A stretch of 64,000 nucleotides of DNA, taken from assembly GCF_055900595.2 (NCBI RefSeq), contig NZ_CM148325.1; one strand, 5' to 3'. Both the position numbers and the translations under genes were made by a program. How positions within the stretch are numbered: the first letter of the stretch is position 1; the number at the start of each line of letters is the position of its first letter. Shown piece after piece: positions 40,624-51,227 of the stretch. The notes below the pieces were generated by a model. That model was not told where the DNA came from. It saw only the letters and a program-made list of their open reading frames with translations, and searched no databases.

Positions 40624-41330
40624 TGCACAGAAAACCCCCAGCTAGGCTGGGGGTTCCGGAAAGCTTTCAGCTTTGAGCCAGTTATTAAAACCCCTTTTGA
40701 TTTGTTAAAACACCTTGCGGTCTGGCAACTGCAAGTGTCAAACAAGAAATCAAAAGGGGGTCCCAATGGGGGACGAAAAGAGCTTAGCGCACACCCGCTG
40801 GAACTGTAAATATCACATAGTTTTTGCGCCGAAATACCGAAGACTGGCGTTTTACGGAGAGAAGCGTAGGGCGATAGGCAGTATTTTGAGAAAGCTGTGT
40901 GAGTGGAAAAGCGTACGGATTCTGGAAGCAGAGTGCTGCGCAGATCATATCCATATGCTTGTGGAAATCCCACCCAAAATGAGCGTATCCGGCTTTATGG
41001 GATATCTGAAAGGGAAAAGCAGTCTGATGCTTTACGAGCAGTTTGGGGATTTGAAATTCAAATACAGAAACAGGGAGTTCTGGTGCCGAGGGTACTATGT
41101 CGATACGGTGGGTAAGAACACGGCGAAGATACAGGACTACATAAAGCACCAGCTTGAAGAGGATAAAATGGGGGAGCAGTTATCGATTCCATATCCGGGC
41201 AGCCCGTTTACGGGCCGTAAGTAACGAAGTTGAATGCAAATGTCAGATCGTATGCGCCTGTTAGGGCGCGGCTGGTAACAGAGCCTTACAGGCGCATTTG
41301 AAAAACCTCCGGCTATGCCGGAGGATATTT
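40621..41330 (+). mobile_element. IS200-family insertion sequence (about 710 bp, boundaries approximate)
   Basis: Left-end hairpin cccccagctaggctggggg, second stem-loop over the RBS, tnpA, right-end hairpin cctccggctatgccggagg. Confidence 0.8.
40766..41224 (+). CDS. tnpA: IS200 transposase TnpA (HUH Y1 transposase)
   Basis: MGDEKSLAHTRWNCKYHIVFAPKYRR...HIHMLVEIPPKMSVS matches IS200 TnpA. Confidence 0.9.
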   Translation: MGDEKSLAHTRWNCKYHIVFAPKYRRLAFYGEKRRAIGSILRKLCEWKSVRILEAECCADHIHMLVEIPPKMSVSGFMGYLKGKSSLMLYEQFGDLKFKYRNREFWCRGYYVDTVGKNTAKIQDYIKHQLEEDKMGEQLSIPYPGSPFTGRK

Positions 41331-41345
41331 ATTTGTGGAGTGGAT

Positions 41346-43751
41346 ATGGCAGCAGTAAAAATCTCAGGTGTGCTGAAAGATGGTGCGGGAAAACCAATAC
41401 AGAACTGCACTATTCAACTGAAGGCAAAGCGTAACAGCACCACGGTACTGGTGAACACGGTGGCTTCTGAAAATCCGGATGAAGCCGGACGTTACAGCAT
41501 GGATGTTGAGTATGGCCAGTACAGCGTCACCCTGCTGGTTGAAGGTTTTCCGCCTTCACATGCCGGGACCATTACCGTCTATGAAGGCTCCAGACCAGGT
41601 ACGCTGAATGATTTTCTCGGTGCCATGACGGAAGATGATGTCATGCCGGAGGCATTGCGTCGTTTTGAGGCAATGGTGGAAGAAGTGGCACGCAACGCCG
41701 AAGCCGCCTCTCAGAGCGCAGCGGCGGCAAAGAAATCCGAAACTGCAGCGGCATCATCAAAGAACGCGGCGAAAACCTCAGAAACGAATGCAGCTAATAG
41801 TGCACAGGCGGCAGCGACCTCAAAGACTGCATCGGCAAACTCCGCGACAGCAGCCAAAAAATCAGAAACCAACGCGAAAAATAGCGAGACAGCCGCAAAG
41901 ACGAGCGAAACCAACGCAAAGTCCAGCCAGACGGCAGCGAAAACCAGCGAAACGAATGCCAAAGCCAGTGAAACTGCGGCAAAAAACAGCCAGGTTGCAG
42001 CAGCCCAAAGCGAGAGCGCGGCAGCCGGTTCTGCGACTTCAGCAGCTGGATCAGCAACTGCTGCGGCTAACAGCCAGAAAGCTGCGAAGACGAGTGAAAC
42101 TAACGCAAAGTCCAGCCAGACGGCAGCGAAGACCAGCGAAACGAATGCCAAAACCAGCGAAACTGCGGCGAAAAACAGTCAGGATGCAGCAGCCCAAAGC
42201 GAGAGTGCTGCAGCTGGTTCTGCAAGCGCGGCGGCTGCTTCTGCCACTGCATCAGCTAACAGTCAAAAAGCAGCAAAAACCAGTGAAACCAACGCAAAGG
42301 CGAGCGAGACTGCGGCGGCGAACTCGGCGCAAGCATCGGCAGCAAGCCAGACAGCAGCTAAAGCAAGTGAAGACGCAGCCAGAGAGTATGCAAGCCAGGC
42401 AGCGGAGCCGTATAAACAAGTTTTGCAGCCGTTGCCCGATGTGTGGATACCGTTTAATGATTCACTGGATATGATTACGGGCTTTTCGCCATCATATAAA
42501 AAAATTGTTATTGGCGACGATGAAATAACAATGCCTGGCGACAAGATTGTAAAGTTTAAACGCGCATCGAAAGCAACTTACATTAATAAATCTGGTGTGC
42601 TGACAGAGGCTGCCATTGACGAGCCACGATTTGAACGTGATGGCCTGCTTATTGAGGGGCAAAGAACTAACCTGCTAATCAATTCAACAAATCCGACTAA
42701 ATGGAACAAGTCGTCAAATATGATCTTAAGTGCATCAGGTGTAGATGATTTCGGATTCCAGTACGCAAAATTTACATTAAAACCAGAAATGGTAGGGCAA
42801 ATTTCAGCGATTAACATAGTAACCGTTTCCGGCAGTAAAGGTTTTGATGTAACAGGCGGAGAAAAGTATGTAACCATATCATGCAGGGTGCAAAGTGGCA
42901 CTCCAAATTTAAGATGCCGATTACGATTTGAAAACTATGATGGTTCTACCTACACATTCTTAGGTGACGCTTACTTAAATACGACAGATTTATCTATTGA
43001 TAAGACGGGTGGTGCCGCTAATCGCATTACTGCAAGGGCTGTTAAAGATGAAGCAAGCAAATGGATCTTTTTTGAGGCGACAATTAAGGCACTTGATACA
43101 GAAAATATGATAGGTGGAATGGTTCAGTATGCCCCGGCAAAAGGAGTGGGCACTGGCGCGGATGATTATATTTATATTGCGACCCCTCAAGTTGAAGGTG
43201 GGGCGTGCGCTTCATCGTTTATTATAACAGGCGCATCCCCTGTAACACGCGCCAGCGATATTGTGACGGTCCCCATTTCTCTAAATTGGTGCAATCCCGC
43301 TATTAGTTCATTAGCAGAAGTTAATACCAATTGGGATGAATCGCCAAACAAAGAAGGTAGCGCACGTATTCTTAATATTTCCACTACGGGAGATACAACT
43401 GAAATTGCAGATGAAAGTTATATGTATTTGGGGTATACATCTTTGGGAGCACGCGCAATCATTACAAATGGTAAAGGCACTAAAATAGAATATAAAAGCG
43501 TTATAGAACGACCAGAGAGAAAAAGCATTATCGGCTTTAGATTCACAGAAAGTCGAGAATTGTGTGTTGTGGTTAACGGTAATATTGGTGCTAAGGTAGT
43601 TTCTCCTTATAAAAAACACAAATATACAGGAGGCTTCATTAATATTGGTGGTCAATCATCATCCGGCAACCGTCACCTATTTGGACACGTTCGAAATCTG
43701 CGTATTTGGCACAAGGCATTGACTGATGCTCAGATGGGGGAGTCAATCTAA
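41346..43751 (+). CDS. Side tail fibre protein (Stf-like)
   Basis: N-terminus MAAVKISGVLKDGAGKPIQNCTIQLKAKRNSTTV matches Stf; Ala/Ser/Thr-rich repeats; divergent C-terminal domain. Confidence 0.85.
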   Translation: MAAVKISGVLKDGAGKPIQNCTIQLKAKRNSTTVLVNTVASENPDEAGRYSMDVEYGQYSVTLLVEGFPPSHAGTITVYEGSRPGTLNDFLGAMTEDDVMPEALRRFEAMVEEVARNAEAASQSAAAAKKSETAAASSKNAAKTSETNAANSAQAAATSKTASANSATAAKKSETNAKNSETAAKTSETNAKSSQTAAKTSETNAKASETAAKNSQVAAAQSESAAAGSATSAAGSATAAANSQKAAKTSETNAKSSQTAAKTSETNAKTSETAAKNSQDAAAQSESAAAGSASAAAASATASANSQKAAKTSETNAKASETAAANSAQASAASQTAAKASEDAAREYASQAAEPYKQVLQPLPDVWIPFNDSLDMITGFSPSYKKIVIGDDEITMPGDKIVKFKRASKATYINKSGVLTEAAIDEPRFERDGLLIEGQRTNLLINSTNPTKWNKSSNMILSASGVDDFGFQYAKFTLKPEMVGQISAINIVTVSGSKGFDVTGGEKYVTISCRVQSGTPNLRCRLRFENYDGSTYTFLGDAYLNTTDLSIDKTGGAANRITARAVKDEASKWIFFEATIKALDTENMIGGMVQYAPAKGVGTGADDYIYIATPQVEGGACASSFIITGASPVTRASDIVTVPISLNWCNPAISSLAEVNTNWDESPNKEGSARILNISTTGDTTEIADESYMYLGYTSLGARAIITNGKGTKIEYKSVIERPERKSIIGFRFTESRELCVVVNGNIGAKVVSPYKKHKYTGGFINIGGQSSSGNRHLFGHVRNLRIWHKALTDAQMGESI
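41901..42278 (+). repeat. Tandem direct repeat (about 189 bp x2) inside stf
   Basis: acgagcgaaaccaacgcaaagtccagccagacggcagcgaaaaccagcgaaacgaatgcc... repeated with few substitutions. Confidence 0.75.
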
Positions 43752-44032
43752 TGAAAGATTTAACACTCAAATTTGCCGACAGGGCCGACTTTTCGGCTTT
43801 TATGGGAAGTATTGGCTATTATAATGACGAGTCGATGCAGGATGATATTCTGATTGATGTGATAGGTAACGTGTACAAAGAAACCGGAGAGCTGACTGAA
43901 GATGGCGAACCGGTATGTGTTAAGGAAGATGGATATTTTGTAAACGTGCGCATCATTAAGGATACGCAAATATCGTCATTATTCGATGAATACGCGGTTG
44001 CTGTTGAGCATCAACTTCGTGGCTGGATGTGA
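43751..44032 (+). CDS. Hypothetical tail-fibre-associated protein (93 aa)
   Basis: ORF starting at the stf stop. Confidence 0.5.
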   Translation: MKDLTLKFADRADFSAFMGSIGYYNDESMQDDILIDVIGNVYKETGELTEDGEPVCVKEDGYFVNVRIIKDTQISSLFDEYAVAVEHQLRGWM

Positions 44033-44041
44033 GGTAGAGAA

Positions 44042-44746
44042 ATGGCTACATCAACAGTAATTCCGGGAGACATCACCACGCTGAAGGGAGATGTTAGTAA
44101 AGCAAAGGAAGATATTTCCTCTATTAACGGAAAAGTATCAACGCTTCAGACTGATATGGCCAGTGCAAAGCAGGATATCAGCACCAGATACACAAAAACT
44201 GAAGTTGATAATAAGCTGAAAAACAAAGTGGAAGTGAACGATCTGGAAAGTGGTCGTTATGGCGGAGATTTTTACCCGCTGACTGGCCGTGAAGCGTTTT
44301 ATTTATGGGGATTGGGCACAACTACAGCGGCGGCAAATCTTTATCTTAATCCTGACCCTGCAATTTCGTCTGTGCTGCGGTCAACATCGTCTATCCGCTA
44401 TAAACATTCAGTAGAGACGATAGATTCAGAGCACGCCGATCTCATTTTCAGGATGCGCCCTGTGTGGTACAGGTCGCAATGCGAAAATGACAGGCGTGAC
44501 TGGGGATTCTATGGATTGATTGCCGAGGAAGTTGGAGAAATTGCCCCTCAGTTTGTTCACTGGCGACCAGCCAACGAAGATGATGCACCGGAAACCATTT
44601 CCAGCAATGGCCTTGTTGCCGAAGGTGTAATGTACGAACGTCTGGTTGTTCCACTGATTCACCATATCCAGAAGCTGACTGAAAGAGTTGATGAACTTGA
44701 GTCAGAATTAAAGTTGTTATCCGTTTCCCGAAGCGATATCGGATAA
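44042..44746 (+). CDS. Tail-fibre-related protein with C-terminal chaperone-like (S74-type) domain
   Basis: N-terminal coiled-coil; C-terminal GFYGLIAEEVGEIAPQFVHWRP resembles the intramolecular chaperone domain of fibre/spike proteins. Confidence 0.5.
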   Translation: MATSTVIPGDITTLKGDVSKAKEDISSINGKVSTLQTDMASAKQDISTRYTKTEVDNKLKNKVEVNDLESGRYGGDFYPLTGREAFYLWGLGTTTAAANLYLNPDPAISSVLRSTSSIRYKHSVETIDSEHADLIFRMRPVWYRSQCENDRRDWGFYGLIAEEVGEIAPQFVHWRPANEDDAPETISSNGLVAEGVMYERLVVPLIHHIQKLTERVDELESELKLLSVSRSDIG

Positions 44747-44756
44747 AGGAGGCGTA

Positions 44757-45050
44757 ATGGATATAACACCTTTCCTTCATGCACTTTGTGCTGTGGCTGC
44801 GCAGGTACTGGTTGGTCTTTTTACCGGAAACTGGGCTTACGGGGCGATAGCTGGTTGTACGTTCTTCATTGCGCGTGAACATACCCAGGCAGAATATCGC
44901 TGGATTGAAATGTTCGGGCATGGCAAGCGTATGAATATGCCGTGGTGGGGCGGTTTTGATCCGCGTGCGTGGGATGTGGCAAGCCTGATGGATTTTGCTG
45001 TGCCGGTGGTGGCGTGTCTGCTGGTCTGGCTGTTGGTTAATCGTGGGTGA
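44757..45050 (+). CDS. Small membrane protein (97 aa, 2 TM)
   Basis: RBS AAGGAGG before the ATG; two hydrophobic helices. Confidence 0.5.
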   Translation: MDITPFLHALCAVAAQVLVGLFTGNWAYGAIAGCTFFIAREHTQAEYRWIEMFGHGKRMNMPWWGGFDPRAWDVASLMDFAVPVVACLLVWLLVNRG

Positions 45051-45064
45051 AAAAAGGTGAGCTG

Positions 45065-45178
45065 TATATGCAACGGAGGAAGAAACCTCGTTGCGGGAAG
45101 CCTTGAAGAAGTATCGGGTGTTGCTGAACCGTGTTGATACGTCAACTGCACAGGATATTGAATGGCCAGCACTGCCGT
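45065..45178 (+). pseudogene. Remnant of a tail fibre assembly gene (Tfa C-terminus only)
   Basis: Translation [34 protein letters not shown] matches the conserved Tfa C-terminus; no N-terminal part. Confidence 0.65.
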
Positions 45179-45277
45179 AGGGTAAAACATATAAATTCTA
45201 TAATTAGATGTATCTTTCCATTTACGGCAAGGAAGGGGGCTTGGAAGACGTAAGGCATCTCACACCGAGATTATTTT

Positions 45278-45868
45278 TTATATGTCAGGTGTCTGAAGTT
45301 TTGCTTTGGCTCTTAAAATGGTTTGCCGCGAGGTTTTGAATTCCCGGGCAATGGCACTTATACTTACACCTGACTTAATCCGTTCGAATACCACCTGTTT
45401 CTGTTCTTCATTTAACACAGGTGGTCGACCAAAACGTTTCCCTGCGCCCCGGGCTCTTACTATCCCGGAATGAGTGCGTTCAAGTAAAAGGTCTCGTTCA
45501 AATTCAGCGACTGCTGAAATTACTTGCATCATCATTTTTCCTGTTGGACTGGTCAGGTCAATGCCCCCCAATGCTAAGCAATGCACTCTGATACCTGTTT
45601 CGGTCAGTTGTTCCACTGTTTTCCTGATATCCATTGCATTACAACCAAGGCGATCCAGTTTTGTCACAATCAATTGATCACCACATTTCAGGCGAGCAAG
45701 CAACCGGTTAAAACCAGGACGCTCACTGGTTGCTGCTGAGCCGCTAATGTGTTCTTCGATTATTTGCTGAGGTTTGATTTTAAAACCTGCACTTTCGATT
45801 TCCCGGCGTTGATTTTCGGTGGTCTGATCCAGCGTTGATATCCGACAGTAAGCAAAAATTCGAGACAT
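45278..45868 (-). CDS. pin: Pin-type serine DNA invertase
   Basis: [29 protein letters not shown]... matches PinQ/PinR as I recall them. Confidence 0.9.
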
Positions 45869-46184
45869 AGTGAGACTCTATACGAAATTGGTGTTCATAT
45901 CATAATGCATCTCAGAAAATAATTTTGATTATTTTTGTGCATGTTTGTATGTACACGTTCGAAAATAAACGAATGCGTATGCAACCCCGTAATTTTGGTG
46001 AGACCCAAAATCGATTTTGTGAAAAATGGCTTTAACTCGGTTTGTTTTTCGAGTTCCGGGCGGACTCAAGGAAGAAGAATAGTGTTGCGTGTTATTTTAA
46101 CCAGATTTCAAGTTGTTTGGTCGTGGAAAAGTGGAGCAAAATGTTGTTAAAGTGGAAAAATGATAAAAAAGTAAGTTTATTATA

Positions 46185-46418
46185 TTACATTTTACCATTT
46201 AAATTTTGGTTGTCTTTAAGAACTGATATCGCTGTTTGTAATAATTCTTTGTTATCCAGCCATGATTTTTTCTTTATGTTTCCTTCAATGTAATCAAGCA
46301 ATGTTCTGGTATTGATAGGTCTTCCCTGTTTTGCTACTTCCACTACAGCATCCCCTAGGATAATTCTGACTTCAGGAAGCTGCGCAGGGAACCACTTTAG
46401 GGTGTCTTTTGATTTCAT
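46185..46418 (-). CDS. ydfK: YdfK-like cold-shock-associated protein
   Basis: 77 aa MKSKDTLKWFPAQLPEVRIILGDAVVEVAKQGRPINTRTLLDYIEG... matches YdfK/YnaE. Confidence 0.8.
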   Translation of the reverse strand: MKSKDTLKWFPAQLPEVRIILGDAVVEVAKQGRPINTRTLLDYIEGNIKKKSWLDNKELLQTAISVLKDNQNLNGKM

Positions 46419-47203
46419 GAATATATTCCTTAAAATATTATTGATTTTCATTGCGATATTGTATGTCTGATTCAGGATATGTTGACTTATACATCGGTTT
46501 TGTCTGGGTTATTGGATATGCCAATCCCTAATTTTATTAGAGCATGACTAAAAATGCTGAATATGATAAGGAGCGAAGTGATTATCAGTATGCTGTTCAT
46601 ATAGCCTCGAATTATTAATGTGTTATATATGATATAGTTGACAATTTTTATCCTGGGTGTTCTTAAAGTTCGTAGATAAACATTGTCGTTTCAGGTATAC
46701 AGGAATGCTAACAGATGGCGGCAAAAATCAGGCGGTTTATGGCGCAAGCTGAAGTGGCAACTGCAAACTATCTTATGCAGAGACTCTACACGGATTGGGT
46801 TTAAAAGTATACATAGATAACAGTTTTTATCTGAAGAAGAAAAATATCAAGGTGATATAGCCTATATGCCTTTGATGCGGAGGAATGAATGTGATGGGAG
46901 TGATGTATCTGAATAGTTGAAAAACCGCAGACACGCCTTATGCAAGAACGTGCTGCGGTTGGCTGGTAAATTTTTCGATAGTGCGAGTATTGAATGATTT
47001 CCAGCCGTTATTGATTTTACGCGTAACTCCATGAAAAAACTACTTATCTGTTGAGGAGTTTTTTTGGGGCATATATGGGACAGAAATAGGCCCCAGATAG
47101 ACACTGAGATCGAACTTAGGATGCTTTTTAAAAAATGCAACTATCTGAAAAAACCTAGAAAACGCCAAGGAAACCACAGGATGGGAAAAAACACCTGTGA
47201 ATC

Positions 47204-48487
47204 ATGGATTTCCAGTTATATTCGCTCGGCGCAGCGTTAGTGTTTCATGAAATATTTTTTCCTGAATCATCAACGGCAATGGCGTTAATTCTGGCAATGG
47301 GAACCTACGGTGCAGGTTATGTGGCGCGTATTGTCGGAGCATTTATTTTCGGCAAAATGGGCGACAGAATCGGGCGTAAAAAAGTGCTCTTTATTACCAT
47401 CACTATGATGGGGATCTGTACCACCTTAATTGGTGTGCTGCCGACCTATGCACAAATTGGTGTGTTTGCGCCAATTTTGCTGGTGACGCTGCGTATTATT
47501 CAGGGGCTGGGGGCAGGCGCGGAAATTTCCGGTGCCGGTACGATGCTGGCGGAATATGCGCCAAAAGGTAAGCGCGGAATTATCTCCTCATTTGTTGCTA
47601 TGGGGACTAACTGCGGAACCTTGAGCGCAACGGCAATCTGGGCCTTTATGTTCTTCATTCTCAGTAAAGAGGAACTGTTGGCGTGGGGATGGCGTATACC
47701 GTTCCTGGCGAGCGTTGTCGTGATGGTCTTTGCTATCTGGTTGCGTATGAATCTGAAAGAAAGCCCGGTCTTTGAGAAGGTTAACGACAGCAACCAACCG
47801 ACAGCAAAACCTGCACCTGCTGGTAGCATGTTCCAGAGCAAATCCTTCTGGCTGGCAACAGGGCTGCGTTTTGGTCAGGCTGGTAACTCAGGTTTAATTC
47901 AGACTTTCCTTGCAGGCTATTTAGTGCAGACGTTATTGTTTAACAAAGCAATTCCAACAGATGCATTGATGATCAGTTCGATTCTCGGCTTTATGACCAT
48001 TCCGTTCCTTGGTTGGTTATCCGATAAAATTGGTCGCCGGATCCCGTATATTATTATGAATACCTCTGCGATTGTGCTGGCGTGGCCAATGCTTTCTATC
48101 ATCGTAGATAAAAGCTATGCCCCGAGCACCATTATGGTTGCACTGATTGTGATTCATAACTGTGCGGTGCTGGGATTATTTGCTCTGGAAAACATTACCA
48201 TGGCAGAAATGTTCGGCTGTAAAAACCGCTTTACCCGGATGGCCATTTCTAAAGAAATTGGTGGTCTTATCGCTTCCGGTTTTGGTCCTATCCTGGCGGG
48301 TATTTTCTGCACCATGACGGAATCCTGGTATCCGATCGCCATTATGATCATGGCATATTCAGTGATTGGTTTAATCTCTGCGCTGAAAATGCCAGAAGTG
48401 AAAGACCGTGATTTAAGTGCACTGGAAGATGCCGCGGAAGATCAACCGCGTGTTGTAACAGCTGCGCAACCTTCAAGAAGTCTGTAA
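47204..48487 (+). CDS. ydfJ: MFS transporter YdfJ, 5'-truncated by the prophage insertion
   Basis: 427-aa MFS ORF starting at the prophage/host junction; matches the ydfJ C-terminal fragment. Confidence 0.8.
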   Translation: MDFQLYSLGAALVFHEIFFPESSTAMALILAMGTYGAGYVARIVGAFIFGKMGDRIGRKKVLFITITMMGICTTLIGVLPTYAQIGVFAPILLVTLRIIQGLGAGAEISGAGTMLAEYAPKGKRGIISSFVAMGTNCGTLSATAIWAFMFFILSKEELLAWGWRIPFLASVVVMVFAIWLRMNLKESPVFEKVNDSNQPTAKPAPAGSMFQSKSFWLATGLRFGQAGNSGLIQTFLAGYLVQTLLFNKAIPTDALMISSILGFMTIPFLGWLSDKIGRRIPYIIMNTSAIVLAWPMLSIIVDKSYAPSTIMVALIVIHNCAVLGLFALENITMAEMFGCKNRFTRMAISKEIGGLIASGFGPILAGIFCTMTESWYPIAIMIMAYSVIGLISALKMPEVKDRDLSALEDAAEDQPRVVTAAQPSRSL

Positions 48488-48576
48488 ATCCTCCATCCCT
48501 TCTCTTACCGGAGAGGGGATTTTTTATTCATATAACAAAACATGCAGCTTGCCATATTTAAATTTAAGGAATTGTT

Positions 48577-50037
48577 ATGGGAAATAATTTGTTATCAGCA
48601 AAAGCGACGCTCCCTGTTTATGATCGTAATAACCTGGCCCCAAGAATTGTTCATTTAGGCTTTGGTGCATTTCACCGTGCGCATCAGGGCGTGTATGCCG
48701 ATATTCTTGCTACGGAACATTTCAGTGACTGGGGATATTATGAGGTCAATTTAATCGGCGGCGAACAGCAAATTGCCGATTTACAACAGCAAGATAATCT
48801 TTATACCGTTGCGGAAATGTCGGCCGATGCGTGGACGGCTCGCGTCGTTGGCGTCGTTAAAAAAGCCTTGCACATACAAATAGATGGCTTAGAAACCGTG
48901 CTGGCTGCGATGTGTGAACCGCAAATCGCGATTGTCTCTCTGACAATCACCGAAAAAGGGTATTTCCACTCTCCGGCGACCGGACAGTTAATGCTCGATC
49001 ACCCGATGGTCGTTGCCGACGTGCAAAATCCCCACCAGCCGAAAACTGCAACAGGGGTGATTGTTGAGGCGCTGGCTCGCCGTAAAGCGGCAGGACTTCC
49101 CGCATTTACCGTCATGTCATGTGACAACATGCCAGAAAACGGTCATGTTATGCGTGACGTTGTCACTTCCTACGCGCAAGCTGTTGATGTAAAACTGGCA
49201 CAATGGATCGAAGAAAACGTGACTTTCCCATCAACAATGGTGGACCGTATTGTGCCCGCAGTGACGGAGGATACGCTGGCGAAAATCGAACAACTTACCG
49301 GTGTGCGCGATCCTGCTGGCGTTGCCTGTGAACCTTTCCGCCAGTGGGTAATAGAAGATAACTTTGTTGCCGGACGTCCGGAATGGGAAAAAGCGGGAGC
49401 CGAACTGGTTAGTGATGTGCTGCCTTATGAAGAGATGAAGTTGCGCATGCTCAACGGCAGTCATTCATTCCTGGCGTATCTGGGGTATCTTGCCGGATAT
49501 CAGCACATTAATGACTGCATGGAAGATGAACATTATCATCATGCAGCGTATGCCTTGATGTTGCAGGAACAAGCGCCCACGCTGAAAGTGCAGGGCGTTG
49601 ATTTGCAAGATTACGCTAACCGATTAATTGAACGCTATAGCAACCCGGCGCTACGTCATCGAACCTGGCAGATTGCGATGGATGGCAGCCAGAAATTGCC
49701 ACAGCGGATGTTGGATTCTGTTCGCTGGCATCTGGCGCATGACAGCAAGTTCGATCTGCTGGCGCTGGGCGTCGCGGGTTGGATGCGTTATGTCGGTGGT
49801 GTTGATGAACAGGGAAATCAGATAGAAATCAGTGACCCACTGTTACCTGTTATTCAGAAGGCAGTACAAAGTAGTGCTGAAGGGAAAGCGCGCGTCCAGT
49901 CATTGCTGGCGATTAAGGCGATCTTTGGTGATGATTTACCGGGCAATAGCTTGTTTACTGCAAAAGTGACGGAAGCGTACTTGTCTTTATTAGCGCATGG
50001 CGCAAAAGCGACCGTGGCGAAATATTCCGTGAAGTAA
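48577..50037 (+). CDS. ydfI: Mannitol/mannonate dehydrogenase family oxidoreductase
   Basis: 486 aa with N-terminal Rossmann motif [11 protein letters not shown]. Confidence 0.85.
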   Translation: MGNNLLSAKATLPVYDRNNLAPRIVHLGFGAFHRAHQGVYADILATEHFSDWGYYEVNLIGGEQQIADLQQQDNLYTVAEMSADAWTARVVGVVKKALHIQIDGLETVLAAMCEPQIAIVSLTITEKGYFHSPATGQLMLDHPMVVADVQNPHQPKTATGVIVEALARRKAAGLPAFTVMSCDNMPENGHVMRDVVTSYAQAVDVKLAQWIEENVTFPSTMVDRIVPAVTEDTLAKIEQLTGVRDPAGVACEPFRQWVIEDNFVAGRPEWEKAGAELVSDVLPYEEMKLRMLNGSHSFLAYLGYLAGYQHINDCMEDEHYHHAAYALMLQEQAPTLKVQGVDLQDYANRLIERYSNPALRHRTWQIAMDGSQKLPQRMLDSVRWHLAHDSKFDLLALGVAGWMRYVGGVDEQGNQIEISDPLLPVIQKAVQSSAEGKARVQSLLAIKAIFGDDLPGNSLFTAKVTEAYLSLLAHGAKATVAKYSVK

Positions 50038-50072
50038 AAAAAGCAATGCCGCCATCGGCGGCATTCACACGC

Positions 50073-50276
50073 TTAGTTCATGCCGAGACGAATCAGGTCC
50101 AGAGGTGCCAGTTTCTCTTCACAACCTTCAACAACTACGGTTTTTCCGCGGCGGATTTGCTCAGCGGTCAGACCTTCAGTATCAATCGACAGGATCTTGC
50201 CAGTGTGACCGGTGCCGCTAACCATAACACGGCTGCCAGTGGTGATTGCGTTACGGTTACGATCGTAGGTCGTCAT
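50073..50276 (-). CDS. ydfZ: Small protein YdfZ
   Basis: 67-aa [32 protein letters not shown]... Confidence 0.75.
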
Positions 50277-50452
50277 AGGTGTTTTCTCCTTTCTGATTTA
50301 CAGTCGAAGCCCACGTAACGGGCGCAATATAAATACTCCTGTCGAGTGAAATATTTTTTGTTTTTGATCAAGCTCACATCTTTTTTGATGCATGCATGAG
50401 CCATATGACGGAGGGAAAAACTCTCACCCCGGATGGGATGAGAGGAAATGAA

Positions 50453-51139
50453 TTACTCTTCGCTAAACCAGTCGCTGTTTTCCTGGCGGATCTGGCGCAC
50501 GGATTCGCTGATTTCCTGCAAATGTTGCGTCATTGCACGTTCTACCGCATCGCCATCACGTTTTTGCAGGGCAGAGAAAATATCAAGATGCTGGCGTAAC
50601 AGCATTTCTGGTGGAGAAACGTGGTCGAAACTCATATAGCGCACGCGATCAACGGTCGCTTTCAGGTTCTCAATGGTATCCCACGCCAGTTGACAGTCGG
50701 CAATCTGCGTCAGGAGTTGATGGAAGTTGTCATCAAGTTCAAAAAAATCATCCAGTTGCTTGCGCTCAATGGCAATGCGTTGCTGGTGAAGATTTTGTTC
50801 CAGTTGGTAGCACTGGCTTTCGGTAATCATGCTCGCCGCCCGACGCGCCACCGCGCACTCAATGGCCTGACGGATAAAACTGCAGTTGCGCACCTGGGCC
50901 ATGGAAATTTTGTTGACGTAGCTGCCACGCTGCGGACGAATTTGAATCAGGCCGTTTTCCGCCAGTTTAATAAAGGCTTCACGAACCGGCTGGCGTGACA
51001 CATTGAAACGAACAGAAACTTCTTTTTCCGACAACGGTGTGCCTGGTGCAATCAGGCAATGGACAATGTCGCGGCGAAGAATACGATAAATCTGCTGATT
51101 GACAGGCTGTGTGGGATTAAGTTGCGTTTCGACGGTCAT
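50453..51139 (-). CDS. rspR: GntR/FadR-family transcriptional regulator
   Basis: N-terminal GntR HTH, FadR-like C-domain; ydfH/rspR position. Confidence 0.8.
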   Translation of the reverse strand: MTVETQLNPTQPVNQQIYRILRRDIVHCLIAPGTPLSEKEVSVRFNVSRQPVREAFIKLAENGLIQIRPQRGSYVNKISMAQVRNCSFIRQAIECAVARRAASMITESQCYQLEQNLHQQRIAIERKQLDDFFELDDNFHQLLTQIADCQLAWDTIENLKATVDRVRYMSFDHVSPPEMLLRQHLDIFSALQKRDGDAVERAMTQHLQEISESVRQIRQENSDWFSEE

Positions 51140-51227
51140 TCGTTCTTGCTTGTGAGTGAGTTAACTGCATGAGTCTACCACTTTTTTGTGACAAGCAATA
51201 ACCCGGCAGTTACGCCGGGTATAAAAA

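Noticed and set aside
41711-42151. Ala-rich minus-strand ORFs in stf
   Set aside because: Antisense of the stf repeats
41635-42474. 279-aa plus-strand ORF rich in Arg, Gln and Pro
   Set aside because: Alternative frame of the repetitive Ala/Ser/Thr-coding stf region; low-complexity artefact
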